A stretch of DNA of 61,247 nucleotides, filler included, from Ionaspis alba (lineage: Eukaryota): assembly GCA_964255285.1 (NCBI GenBank). It is 4 parts of 4 records of this genome, joined end to end, with 100 filler letters (N's around TTAATTAATTAA, not from the genome) between each part and the next. Parts side by side here need not be neighbours in the genome. Positions count along the whole stretch, not along the records: positions 1 to 15,289 come from CAXUUL010000384.1; positions 15,390 to 30,643 come from CAXUUL010000385.1; 2 more parts are not named here. One strand, given 5' to 3'. The notes under the pieces were generated by a model, which worked only from the letters and a program-made list of their open reading frames with translations, did no database searches and was not told the DNA's origin. Made by a program: the position numbers and the translations under genes. Below, one piece after another: positions 13,872 through 25,598 of the stretch. The number at the start of each line of letters is the position of its first letter. Position 1 is the first letter of the stretch.

Positions 13872-14366
13872 TGGGAAGGTTGATATGGTCAAGACGACAG
13901 GTCTTGGTTAACGGAGACCCGGATATCGTTTCCAATACCGGCGATCTGACTAACAACTTATATAGCCCTTCTTTTAAGCATGCAAACGAGATAGATCCAT
14001 TTGTAGCTTGAAGTGGGAGCAAGAAATAGCTCATGACCATAGTCATAGGACTGTTTTTCTGGGCAAGCATTGAAAGTTTGACGAGTCGACCTTAGTTGGT
14101 GATCAACATGAAGCACTCAGACCACAGGGTCGATCAGTTTGTGGCATACAAGGCACTGTAGAGTGCATCCACTGCTTGCCTGTATTCCCTCGGAGAATAA
14201 CTGGCTGGGATGATCCGATCAATAGACGATCCTATTGGCAAGCTCCTGCTGATGTCTTGGCCCCGAGTTATGACAAACCCGATGGGCATGGGAAACCGTG
14301 CTAGATCAGGCACTCTATCAGTGCATAGTGGCTGGCCCAAGTACACGATATAATGCCTGGCACAAA

Positions 14367-14931
14367 TCACAATTTCGATTTGATCTCTGTACACAGTCTC
14401 TGTAAGGCATCCCTGGCCTGCGTGGGCATGCCATCTGCAAGTGGTCTATTGCTCTTTCGATCCACATAGACATGCGTAAATCCTCCAACCGCTCGAACAT
14501 CCTCTGCTCCTCTTTCAAAAACGCCGACTTCATAAGTGACGCTTGACTTCCCGAGCTTGCTGACGCGTAGTCCACAATCCACAATACTGGGATACGCTAC
14601 GGATCCAAAGAAATTGCATGAGGAATGGATAACAAGAGGAGTGATTGTGGCAGTCGGGGGATGCAGTCCACAGTGTTCAATGAGATAGTTGTTGATTATC
14701 GAGTCGAAGCTTGGAAACGACTCAATAACAAGAATCAATCACGAGCTTGGAATACTCACAGAAAGCCATATACACTATTGTTCATGTGGTCATACATATC
14801 GTTATCTGACCTTGACACAGTTCAGCGCGTGTAGCCACGGAGAAGGGAAGCCACCTAGACCATCTCGTCCTGTAGTCTAAATGATATCCATAGTCACTCC
14901 TCCGCCTCTTCTTCAACAACTCTTGAGCCAT
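14367..14931 (-). CDS. Hotdog-fold acyl-CoA thioesterase (4HBT family)
   Basis: Y..RTRW|SDNDMYDHMNNSVY..FDSIINNYLI..HSSCNFFGSVAYP..GLRVSKLGKSSVTYEVGVF..GGFTHVYVDR; two introns. Confidence 0.9.
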
Positions 14932-15215
14932 TATCCACTCATACGTCTTGCAGAAAGACGCTCCCCATTCCTTACATATGAAGAAGCGAAAAGAGAGACA
15001 AAGTTGAGTATCTCTAGCACGTACCTCGGCTGGGGAGCACAACAAGCCATCTAAAGAGACATCCCAAAATGATACAGCCACACCCCTCCAAGCAATGACA
15101 GAGGCATCGAAAATTGTACCTGCCGTCATCCTTTCACTTTCAACACAATACCCCCCTTTCCTTTGTTATCCAACCCACGATCCTGCCGCCTTGCCTCCCA
15201 AAACGGCCATCAGCG

Positions 15216-15289
15216 ATGCCGACCGACGACCTCAGAGCCCACACGCACTCCACCACCGATTTCTACGCCCTCCTATCCCTCCCCAGCAC
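15216..15289 (+). CDS. J-domain protein N-terminus, probably Cwc23/Cwf23-like (truncated by scaffold end)
   Basis: MPTDDLRAHTHSTTDFYALLSLPS resembles the DFYxLL start of a DnaJ domain; only 24 codons visible; divergent from the thioesterase. Confidence 0.5.
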
Positions 15290-15389
15290 NNNNNNNNNNN
15301 NNNNNNNNNNNNNNNNNNNNNNNNNNNNNNNNNTTAATTAATTAANNNNNNNNNNNNNNNNNNNNNNNNNNNNNNNNNNNNNNNNNNNN
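15290..15389. other. Artificial scaffold-joining linker
   Basis: N44-TTAATTAATTAA-N44 (stops in all six frames); genes are cut on both sides. Confidence 0.97.
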
Positions 15390-17401
15390 AGGCCGCGGCT
15401 GTCGAATTTTGGGATCCCGACATCACTGTCATGGATCGGAACAATATCGGACTCGTCACAATCAAGGCTCATCTTGTGCCCGCCCGGTCGGAAAAGAATG
15501 CCCAAGACTATATACATCTCAGCCCAGGCAAGACTGGAGTCCTAATGTTAGCCATTTGTCATGAATAAGATATTAGAATTATTGGATGGAATCATACTTC
15601 AGACCCAGACAATTTCGCGATCCCTTCACGAACGGAACTAAATTCCTATTTACCCGAGGATCAACATTGCCAATCCACCGGTCAGGAATGAACTTATGGG
15701 GCTCGGGATAAACCTCCGGATCCATGTGCAAATGACAGATCGACATGCCCACCGGTGTCTGTTCATGAGGCTGTAAGCAGCTACAAATAAGTATATAGTG
15801 ATAGGTCAAGTCTCACGTTTTTTGGAATTATCCACTGCTTGTATCGCAGCTCATGATCCGGTGATATACGAGGATTGCGTCTCATGAATCGTGCGAGACT
15901 GGAGTTGATCGAGACCATGTCAGCTGGAGATCCGGTAGAGTTGAGCGTGCAGCACAAACCGTAAGCCTTCTTTGATACACCCTGTCAAATAGGAGATCTT
16001 CTCTAGATCTGCCCACCGGGGGACCTCTTCGGGATAATGAGCTGTAACTTCCTTGAGGTCTTCACGAAGTCGTTTTTTGATCGTTGGATTCTCGAGAACG
16101 AAGTAAGTAATAAGAGCCAGAGTTCCAGCGGTAGTGATTGTGCCAGCGGCGAGGAGGGCGAACGCTTCTCTTTTCAAACGGGCAGGATCTTTTTCAGGCT
16201 CCGGCAAATCACTTGTAAGAATGTGGCGGAATATAGAGCTCTTCTGGTCAAATTCGTCATGCTTGCTTTCCTTGGCCACTTCTGCCTTGATCTTCTCGAT
16301 GTGCCCTTCACTGAGCTGTTGGGCTTGTGGTTAGTAATCATATCGCATAGATCGGTTGCAAGAAGTGGGAATGACTGACCAGATGAAACATCCTGAAGCC
16401 GGCGACATGGGGATTGATTGCCTTCAATACTGCCACTGGAAGCATTGCAGCCATACTTTGCGAAGAATTAGTATCCGCAATCGACGGCCTAGGGAGCATG
16501 GTTCGATCACCTGTTGATCCAGGGGAAATTCCGCACGAATGGCACCACGGTCAATATACCCATCAGAGACTTATACCTACTTTCAGAGTTAGTCAAGTGT
16601 TTTAGGATAATTGTAGGGGCAGCTGACCACTCAGGATTGAAATCGGATTCCTCAAGTAACTCTGGGTTCTCGCCGCAGGCGAACTGCCCTGCAAGGTCTC
16701 CGGTAACGCACGAGAAGGCGTGGTCGAGGCGCACAATAGCGCCTGTTCCCGCGTAGCGGAGCAACTTCTCATCTAAGCTTCTAGCTTCATGATGAATTCT
16801 TGATTCCAGACGAGTTACACTCTGCTTTGAAAAGAAGTTTTCCACAGCTTTCCTTCTTAATTGGTGTAGCTCATGTGGAACTGTCGTCGCGATCGCGTCT
16901 ATGCAGCTGATTAGTCGCATTCATTCTAAACGGTGGAAAGCGCAGGAGCTCACCAGACATGCCAAGACCGGCACGATTTCCTGCTATCAGATTTGTTCTC
17001 CGTTTTCCGCCCGGAACATATAACTCGTTATAGTATTCTGCGTCTCTGATGGAAAGCTCCGTAGGGTTGACCCGGACGATGGGACCTGAAAACCAATCAG
17101 TCCAAGAGTTTCTGCCAGTGTACAGGTACATACCATATCTGTCATGTAGGTCCGACAGAATATCAGGGAAATTCTTGCTTCGAAGGTCGTAAAAGGCTTC
17201 ATACCATGACGTCGCCGCAGCAAGTTTGGGCCCCGGGAATTTGGCAAGAGGGGAGAGAAAGAGACGGTAGATAATAACAAGAACACGATATAAAAAAACA
17301 AATACGGCAATACCACCCGCAATATTTGCGACATTGCCACTTCCAGTGGGCATCGCTGCCAAAGCCTTAAGTTGGGAACCCACGTTTTGTGCCATCTTCA
17401 T
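15390..17401 (-). CDS. Cytochrome P450 (trichodiene-oxygenase-like secondary-metabolism type); extreme C-terminus cut by scaffold end
   Basis: TM anchor then YRLFLSPLAKFPGPKLAAATSWYEAFYD, GPIVRVNPTELSI, I-helix AAGTITT, KEGLR (ExxR), FIPDRW, heme motif FVKGSRNCLG; many introns. Confidence 0.95.
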
Positions 17402-17855
17402 TTAATTGAGGAAGACACAATGCTCAAAGGGATTTAAAGAGAGTACAGAGTTTAGATGGTCAGAATCGAGAGACCACGTAATTAAACGTTGATTAGAAGA
17501 CCTCTAAGACTCACGGACGAATACTACTTTGAACTCATTAACTGATACAGATTGATAATAGAACTCGTGAATGCGTGAGCACCATATGCAGTCAGAAGCT
17601 AGCTTGGCGGTCATGTCCGATACAAACAATACCTTCTAAAAACGCAATATGCTGGGACACCCGAGTCTGAACGTTGACTTGGCATAAATAACGTGCTGAC
17701 GGGGAGGTCTTCCCACTAACTACTATAGTGGATTAACGAAAAGGATTACGCGGCTGTATTTTGCTCCAATATTCGAAATCAGGTAGGTGGTCGATTGATT
17801 ATGGATTCGGAGGCGGTGAGCATGTTGTGACGGCGGAAGCAAGGGCTCAGGGGGA

Positions 17856-17930
17856 TCACATGACCTCACTAGTGTCCTAGCATAACACACTTTCGCTTAG
17901 ACTAGTAGTAGATGGGCCTGGAATACTACA
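17856..17930 (+). repeat. 75-bp dispersed repeat, copy 1 (P450/cyclase divergent intergenic region)
   Basis: Ungapped match to 23145-23219 with 15 mismatches in 75 nt by hand count. Confidence 0.85.
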
Positions 17931-18565
17931 GCATGGTGATTACTGCAGCATGGATGAGATTCTTGAATACTGTCAGCCGTGACCTGACGTAAGTTAGTTG
18001 TCCGGCAACACGGGTCGCAAGACATCCTATCATGATGATTAGTATGGAACTGTCGTGACCGACATTCCTTTACTTGACACAATACTTCTGGGCAGGAGCA
18101 GTCTTGGTACCTGGATGTCCAAACTTGGATTGAGCTGCNNNNNNNNNNNNNNNNNNNNNNNNNNNNNNNNNNNNNNNNNNNNNNNNNNNNNNNNNNNNNN
18201 NNNNNNNNNNNNNNNNNNNNNNNNNNNNNNNNNNNNNNACTTCTGGGCAGGAGCAGTCTTGGTACCTGGATGTCCAAACTTGGATTGAGCTGCTGAACAA
18301 GAGGATCGACCTGCAAAACAATAAGCTGACATGCTGTATGCTCTGGCATATCAGTCTTCGAAGATATGGTCAGCGTATCAGATTATACGACAACGTATCG
18401 CATCACTTTGCACAGCAATGCGTTGTCAATTGGTCTATCAAGGCTTGGGTATGCGATTTCTGACGGTTGGACTTATATATACCTCGAAGACGGTAATTAA
18501 CGCTTCTCTCTCCTCAATATCGTACTTGAGATCTATTGTGACTTTGACTGCGAAGACTTTCTACA

Positions 18566-20243
18566 ATGACATCCAAATTCAAGGTTCTCATTTTCGATCT
18601 CGGGGGTGTGTTGTTGGAATGGGACCGTCACAGCGTCAATGCCCTGTCCCCAGGGCAATTTCTGACCATCATGAATTCCACAACCTGGCATGCCCTGGAC
18701 AGAGGCAATATCACGCTCAAGGAAGCTTGTAAGGTAAATTGTTTTGTCTTTTTGGACCCGCGAAGATCGAAAGGTTCGACTAAAACATAAAAAGGATTTT
18801 GGTGATATACTTAATGCAGATCCGTCCGTCGTTGAAATCGCTATGGACCAGGCTCAGCTTTCGCTGAGGCCCAACATTCCCTTGATCCAGATAATTCAAG
18901 ACATAAAGGCGTCAAAGCCTGACCTCAAACTCTACGTCATGTCGAACATTTCACGGGTAAGTTTTTTCCAATGTCTTAACCGAAAACGACTGATCAGTCT
19001 TCAGGAGCATTTCGAGATTGTTCAGAGTATCAACCTCCCTTGGTGGATATTCGACAAAGCCTTTGCATCAGGGGTTGAGGGCATGCGGAAGCCGGACCTG
19101 TGTTTTTTCCAACACGTCATCAAAGACACTGGAGTTCACCCAAGCGAAATAATCATGATTGATGACACGCCTGAGAACGTTTGCGCGGCGCGGTCTCAGG
19201 GGATGCATGCAATACTTGTGGACAAGTCATTGCCCAGCGTCGGCGGGAAACTACTAAATCTATTTCGGGATCCACTCCAACGGGGGAAAACATTCCTGAA
19301 AGATAATGCTCGGAATCATTATTGTGTTGTCGAGGGCCACGAGGAAATCAGACTCAGAGACAATTTCGCCCAACTTATGATTTGGGAGCTCACTGACGAC
19401 GAAGACATTATCTTCCTCAAATGGCCTTATGGTAAGATGCACGGAGTGCATCCTTCTGAGAATGATGATATGAATGGTCATTCAAACGGCCAATCGAATG
19501 GTCACTTTCATGGCAACGGCTTTGTGGCATCGGATGTCGGGAATGGGCTCTGGAACTATTTCTTCGAAGCCCCTGTTCTCACAACTCGCGACTTTCCCCC
19601 GGATGCCGACACAACATCGACAGCCTATCTATCACTCCCTAAACGATACCTCTCTACGGTCCCAGACGTTCATCTTGTTTTGGAGAAGATGACTTCGAAC
19701 TTGGACCTAGACGGAATCATGCAGACATATTTCGACCCTAAACGGCCCCGCACCACTCCTGAAGTCTGTTGCAATATCCTGAGGGTGTTTCACAAGTTTG
19801 GCTTCGGCTCCGATCCTCGTATCAAGAAAACGGAGGATTACATCGTGAACTGTCTACAAAACAATGCCTGCATCCATGGAAACCGGCACTACTCAACACC
19901 AGAGAGCTTCCTGTATTTTGTGGCTCGCTTATACACCGAAACGCGCTGCGTATCGCTACGAAAAAGGCTGAATGCAATTACGGCAAAACTCGAAGAGCGA
20001 CTCAACGTGCCTACAAACCCGTTGGCTCTGGCACTCCGTCTCTTTGCCTGCCAATCCGTGGATATCGATCCACAGTTGTATAGGAAAGATCTGGAGACAC
20101 TGATGTCCCTGCAACACGAGGATGGTGGATGGCCGGCTGGCCATTTCTGTTGTATTGGTAGGACGGGGGCTCGTATAGGCAATCGGGGCTTGACAACTGC
20201 ACTTGCCGTAAGGATACTACAGCGGGAGAAAAGTGGAAAGTAG
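18566..20243 (+). CDS. HAD-like hydrolase fused to class II terpene cyclase (AstC/DrtB-like drimane sesquiterpene cyclase)
   Basis: N-terminal HAD motifs LIFDLGGVL, MSN, RKPD, IDDTPEN; C-terminal DADTT (DxDTT, 19602-19616) and QW motif QHEDGGW (20112-20132); two introns near 18734-18794 and 18957-19004. Confidence 0.9.
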
Positions 20244-20991
20244 AGGGGTAAAGCTTACTGAACTATGGAGGGACTAGCTAGGTATGATATACAACGGGGG
20301 GTTGGTATACCCAGCCATCTAATACCCTGAAGTTCAGGGCCTGAACTTTGGCAAAATCGAAATGCTTAAATTTCTCAGTTGTAATTTGCGATAAATTCGT
20401 GTAACTTCATTGACTTATAACGAGATTTTCAATATAAAACTTGTTGGAAATAGTGATATACAGCAAAAATAACCCTTTCACTTATTGTTATGGTCACATG
20501 ACTTAGGTGGCTGAGGCTAGTTCGGGGTTAGCGACCTCGGTCAGGTCTATAGACTGTGTCTCCCAGTTTCCTGGATCGGTAGCTTCACCATACACATTTA
20601 TACTATGATCTATCTATCATTGGAACATGATGTGCGTAGCTCATTCAGTTCTTCGTGTTACAGTTTGTCATTGTCTATACCAACAAATGTTGTATGGTCT
20701 ATAATAAGCAAAAACTGAAATTGTACAGAAACAGCAACAGTACCGGCATTGTCTGACAGCCCTTACTCAACAAAGCTTCGAATTTGGAGTCTACATATCA
20801 GTTATGCCCGATTTTCCAAGCGCTAGTAGTCAGGATCTAAGACCAGTCCGCGAGGTTCGCGGGGACAGCATGGTACCNNNNNNNNNNNNNNNNNNNNNNN
20901 NNNNNNNNNNNNNNNNNNNNNNNNNNNNNNNNNNNNNNNNNNNNNNNNNNNNNNNNNNNNNNNNNNNNNNNNNNNNNCTAGTAGTCAGGAT

Positions 20992-22669
20992 CTAAGACCA
21001 GTCCGCGAGGTTCGCGGGGACAGCATGGTACCCATTGAAGAGACCATGAGGATCATACTTTCTCTTTAAAGCACTGAGACGCTTATGGCGCCACTCCTCA
21101 TACCCGTACAAGGCCGACAGAGGCTCGTCATCGTGGGCATAGTTCTGGTAAATAACCATCCTGTCGTATCCGGAAACTTTAGGCTGAGCGAAGTGGTCGC
21201 GCCATTGCAGCGCCCACGCATCCGCAGCATCAGCCACGCTAGGATCAGTATAGGTCATGGAGAATACAACGGCGTTGTTGAATTGATGGCGGTGGGGAAA
21301 GGCGGAGAAGTCGTCCGGGAACGCCGTGATGCCCGCTTGGCCGAAGGTCTCGATGAAGATGACGCTGTTGTTTGCTGTTGGGTGCTCCTGCACAAAAGAC
21401 CTGTATGATTCCAACGCTTTGCGAAAGTCCTGAGTCTTCAGGTCCCTAGTCAGGACGCTGTACTGATTGTGCTGGTTGCCAGTGGGGCATCCAGATATGA
21501 CAACACTAGGAAGAGCCACATTCGCCAGGTTTGCCCATGGGGTCATTTGTTCGGTCATGCTGTCGCTAAAATTTGAGTAGAGACGTGCGTATTCTTGACC
21601 CTTCTCTTCAGGCCCTGGATAAACAACGTTGACAAGAATCAATGGCTACATCAAGAATATTAGTACAGCCACGCTCCGTGGATCTGCGTACTCACCTCGA
21701 GCGTTTTAGGATCGGAACCAATTGCTATCGCCAGAGATAGAACTGGATCCAATTTAGGAGTCAATAGTCGATTTGTTATGTCGAAAACGGCCTCCAATTT
21801 GTCTGCGCTGAAGGTCATATCTGAACTATATTGCTGGCCTCCATTCGTGGCGGAGTATGTCTCGAATACAGCTTCGATAACGATGCCGAAATTCTGGCCA
21901 GCTCCTCGTAGACCCCAGAAAAGGTCTTCGTTAGTCTGGGCTGATGCATCGACAATAGTCCCGTTCCATAGCGCTACACGTGCGCTTCTCACTGCGTCGC
22001 TTGTGAGACCGTGAAGACCTTGCAACCGACCCAGGCCACCACCAAGCATGGCACCCATGGCTCCAACGCAAGGACATGCTCCGACGGCTGCTGTTATGTT
22101 AGATCATTCTTGATTATGAGGGCACTAAAGGTTAAGAGGGACTGACTCAGTTCTCGCCCAGCATTGCTAACCACATCGACTAGTTTTGAGAATCGTGCGC
22201 CGCTGCCTACGGTAACACTGAAATCTGAGTTCATAGTCACATAATCGAAATTCTCCATGTTTATCATAGCTGCATTCTGGATCGCGTGGAGCGTGGGAGA
22301 GTACCCATGGCCGCCCGACTTGGCCAAAAAGGGTTTTCCAGCACTCGACAAGTATTGAAGCTATATTATCTTGTCAATCGAAAGCCCTCCAAAACACAGT
22401 AGATCAGGGTACAAACTCACACCGATGCCTAAGTCTTCTTTAGTCTTAGGAAGAAACACGTCATTGAACGATGGGGGCTCATATGTTGACCAGCGAGTTG
22501 TTTTATCGACGAATTGTGGCCACGAAGGATCATGCGCCTGGTCTGCTATTTCGCTGGGCCATGTGTAGTTAGGCTGAGGCTCATATTGCCGCCGGTATGG
22601 GGTCGCGGTCGTCGTAGACGCCAAAAACAACACAACCTGCACAGTTTGCAGCAGTGCAGATCCAACCAT
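20992..22669 (-). CDS. Secreted BBE-like FAD-binding oxidoreductase
   Basis: Signal-peptide-like MVGSALLQTVQVVLFLASTTTA; AKSGGHG FAD-attachment motif; GACPCVGAMGAMLGGGLG; DLFWGLRGAGQNFGIV; C-terminal YQNYA..LYG..LKRKYDPHGLF. Confidence 0.92.
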
Positions 22670-23144
22670 TGTGTTACCGAGTGAAAATGCTGGAGAGGGA
22701 GGAAGATTGAATTTCTATGTTTCGGCACTGGGATATTGATAGAACTGAAAAGCCAAACCAGTGGAACGTCTCCCAATATATACAATTCCACATTTGGCTC
22801 CTATCTCTAACTATAGATTTAATTGTAAGCAGGGAGGATTAATACGTGCCACAGTGATCTAAGCCAACAGAACGCCTTATGGTCTGCGCCCATTTCTCCT
22901 CCGATATCCTCGGCAATCCCAATATATTCGCCACTTCTAATAGTTTTCCTGGGCATTCAAAAGCACTCAGTCCAACCTTTTTCAAAGCACGATAGGGTGG
23001 TCAACTGATTATGATTATAAGTGATCTCTGCTGGAAAAAAAACATATATCATAATGTTATGATGGCACCTATCTCCCGGACGCTGCTAAAACAAATCGTG
23101 TTTTTGGAAACTAGAATGTTGTAGGAAATAGGGGCCCAAAGGAG

Positions 23145-23219
23145 TCACATGACGACACTAGTAGCTTAGTATAATACACTTCTGCTTAGACCAGTAGTAA
23201 ATCAGCTTGGAATGCTACA
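23145..23219 (+). repeat. 75-bp dispersed repeat, copy 2 (FAD oxidase/SDR divergent intergenic region)
   Basis: Matches 17856-17930; begins TCACATGAC. Confidence 0.85.
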
Positions 23220-23549
23220 ATATTTTATTTTTAGCCGGCAGGGCTTCGCATGCCCTGCTGATCACGTTATTTCAGCTCTGCCTAGGACTGACGCTCTGCC
23301 TGTATTGCGACCAATCACGCCTAGATTCGGAGTTGGTACTGCCGAAACAGTAAATTTGAAGAGTTCAAAAGAAGCAGACAAAGGAGCTGTGTAGACTACG
23401 TAACGACACCGGATATTGCCGGGATTTTTCTTTGACTGTTTTATACGATACGACTTGTATGTATTAGTCAACGATATTATATCGGGTCTCGTATATAGTG
23501 CAAGGGGTGCAAGGGGTGCAACTGTGAGATGATGTGATTGAGGAAATAC

Positions 23550-23790
23550 ATTGATACTCCTTACCGCCTCGCTGATATCTCTCACCTTTTGCTGATATTC
23601 GTCATCGATTCCTCGCTGACATTACTCTTGCTGATATTTCTCATCATTTTGTCGGTATTCTTTGCTGACATTTCTCACCGTTTGCTCATCGATCCCTTAC
23701 TGACATTCGTCTTGCTGATATTTCTCACAGCCTGCTAATATTCTGCATCGATTCATTGCTGACATTCCTTACCACCTCATTGATATAGTG
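23550..23790 (+). repeat. Degenerate array of (G)CTGA(C/T)AT cores
   Basis: About ten GCTGATAT/GCTGACAT-like cores at 15-25 bp spacing, interleaved with CATCGAT and TTTCTCA sub-motifs. Confidence 0.7.
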
Positions 23791-24463
23791 TAAAATAGCG
23801 ATACTAAAATATTTTGTCTTTATAATTCCTTCAAATATCCAACATCAGCGAGATGTTCAGTAGAGTAAATTGCGCTTGATGAAATTGCACCTTGGGATTG
23901 TGAGGATTGCCCGAGTACGCACTGCAAAAGATCCCTATCGTCGGCTTACTGCTCATCACAGTTATCTGGTTCCACGCTCCGGCTTACTTGTGCCAGGTCA
24001 TCTGGTCATTGCCAAGGTGTAATCCTTATCGGGACTGCCGAGTCATGCATATATAAGCGCTCAGCGGACCATGAAATAGAACCTTCTCCGTTTAAGCTGC
24101 AATATGAAGGTAATGGGCAGATAGAGGTCAGCGAATGAAAAGCCACGGTTCTGTTGGTCGCTCACGCCGTAGGTCCGACCATGTAAAGCAGTCACAAGCT
24201 CTAATTGGGTTAGCCTCTTGGCAATACACGGTGTATACGAATCCTCCTTAACTTGTCAGACCATTATTTAATGGTCAATAAGTAGTTTGCCCCGTATTCA
24301 TTATGGCAGATTCCAGGTCAGTAAGCTAGGTCCAGAGTTACCTTATAACATTATATCACATTTTGTGCCCACAGAGCCACGTCCAATCTCCTAAGTATTC
24401 AACAACCTGCTGCATTATTGTGAGGTAGTCGAACTAAAGTCTAAATAAACGACTACGCCCAGA

Positions 24464-25598
24464 ATGGAAAGCCCAAATGCCAAGCCCTACAAGCTTCCTT
24501 CAGATGCCGTCTGGTTCAGTCAGTAGCCCGTCATCAATACCCATCTGTTCGTCCAAACACTTTCACTAATATCGATCTAGTCACTGGCTGCTCTTCAGGA
24601 ATTGGTCAAGCATTGGCTCAGCTCGTCGCTCAATCCCCGAACCGGGTGGTGGCAACCGCACGGAAGACCTCCACTCTAGGAACGCTTCCTAATAACGACC
24701 GCGTTCTCAAGCTCGAACTTGATGTCACTTCAATTCCTTCCATTGATGCCGCATTTCGCGCCACATTGGAGAAGTTCGGCCGTATCGATGTTGTCGTCAA
24801 CAATGCCGGTTATACTCTTGCCGGCGACACGGAAAGCGCCGAAGATGGCGAGTCTCGAGCTGTATTCGACACCAACTTCTGGGGTATGGTCGACGTGACC
24901 AAGAAGGCCCTGGGGATCTTCAGGGACGAGAACCCGAAGACTGGTCAGCAGGGTGGTGTGGTTGTCAACGTGAGCTCTTTAGGAGGCTGGTCCGGTTTTC
25001 CCGGCCAGTCGTTCTATCATGCCAGCAAGTTCGCAATGGAGGGATGGACAGAGTCCGTGGCCAAGGAGCTACCTACGTCGTGGAATAGTAAGTGCATTTG
25101 CTTCTACGTCCCTTCATTGTCTTATAGCTTCTGCATGAGAGCAGCCTGTGGCGCATACCGTAGGCTTCGCACTCGATGCGATGCAATCTCAACGTATATG
25201 AAGGCATATCAGGCTCACGTGCACATTATCTAGTCCATCTCACCAATATCGAGCCCGGTGGCGTGAAGACCAACTACGCAACTTCTTCGCTGAAGCCCAT
25301 GGCCAAGAGACACCCAGCTTACAGCGATCCTAGCGCTCCCAGCAATCAGCTGCTCGGCTATATGCAGAGCGAGCAAGGCCGCAGCATGTGGGCAGAGCCA
25401 AGTGCTCTAGCTGCCGCTATCTACCATGTCGTAGGCCGCGGATTGCGTATCCCAATTCGGGTCCCTCTGGGAGCTGATGCCTGGGGTATGATTTCCAAGG
25501 ACCTCGAGGATATCAAGAAAGATCTCGATGAGTTGAAGGACGTCAGTCTGGGCGTCGGCGATGTGAAACAGCTGGAGACGATTGATTTTCTAAAATAG
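24464..25598 (+). CDS. Classical short-chain dehydrogenase/reductase
   Basis: VWFITGCSSGIG, GRIDVVVNNAG, VNVSS, YHASK (YxxxK), IEPGGVKT; introns ~24519-24580 and ~25088-25233. Confidence 0.93.

Noticed and set aside
7923..15289. MFS, PTH11-like receptor and thioesterase as part of the terpene cluster
   Set aside because: They lie on a different scaffold, separated by the artificial linker.
15290..15389. TTAATTAATTAA motif repeated three times in the window
   Set aside because: Synthetic six-frame-stop linker embedded in Ns; not biological.
18084..18293. Direct repeats flanking gaps as LTR/TSD or CRISPR-like repeats
   Set aside because: Exact 55-bp identity abutting N runs indicates k-mer overlap; no repeat-spacer array exists in this window.
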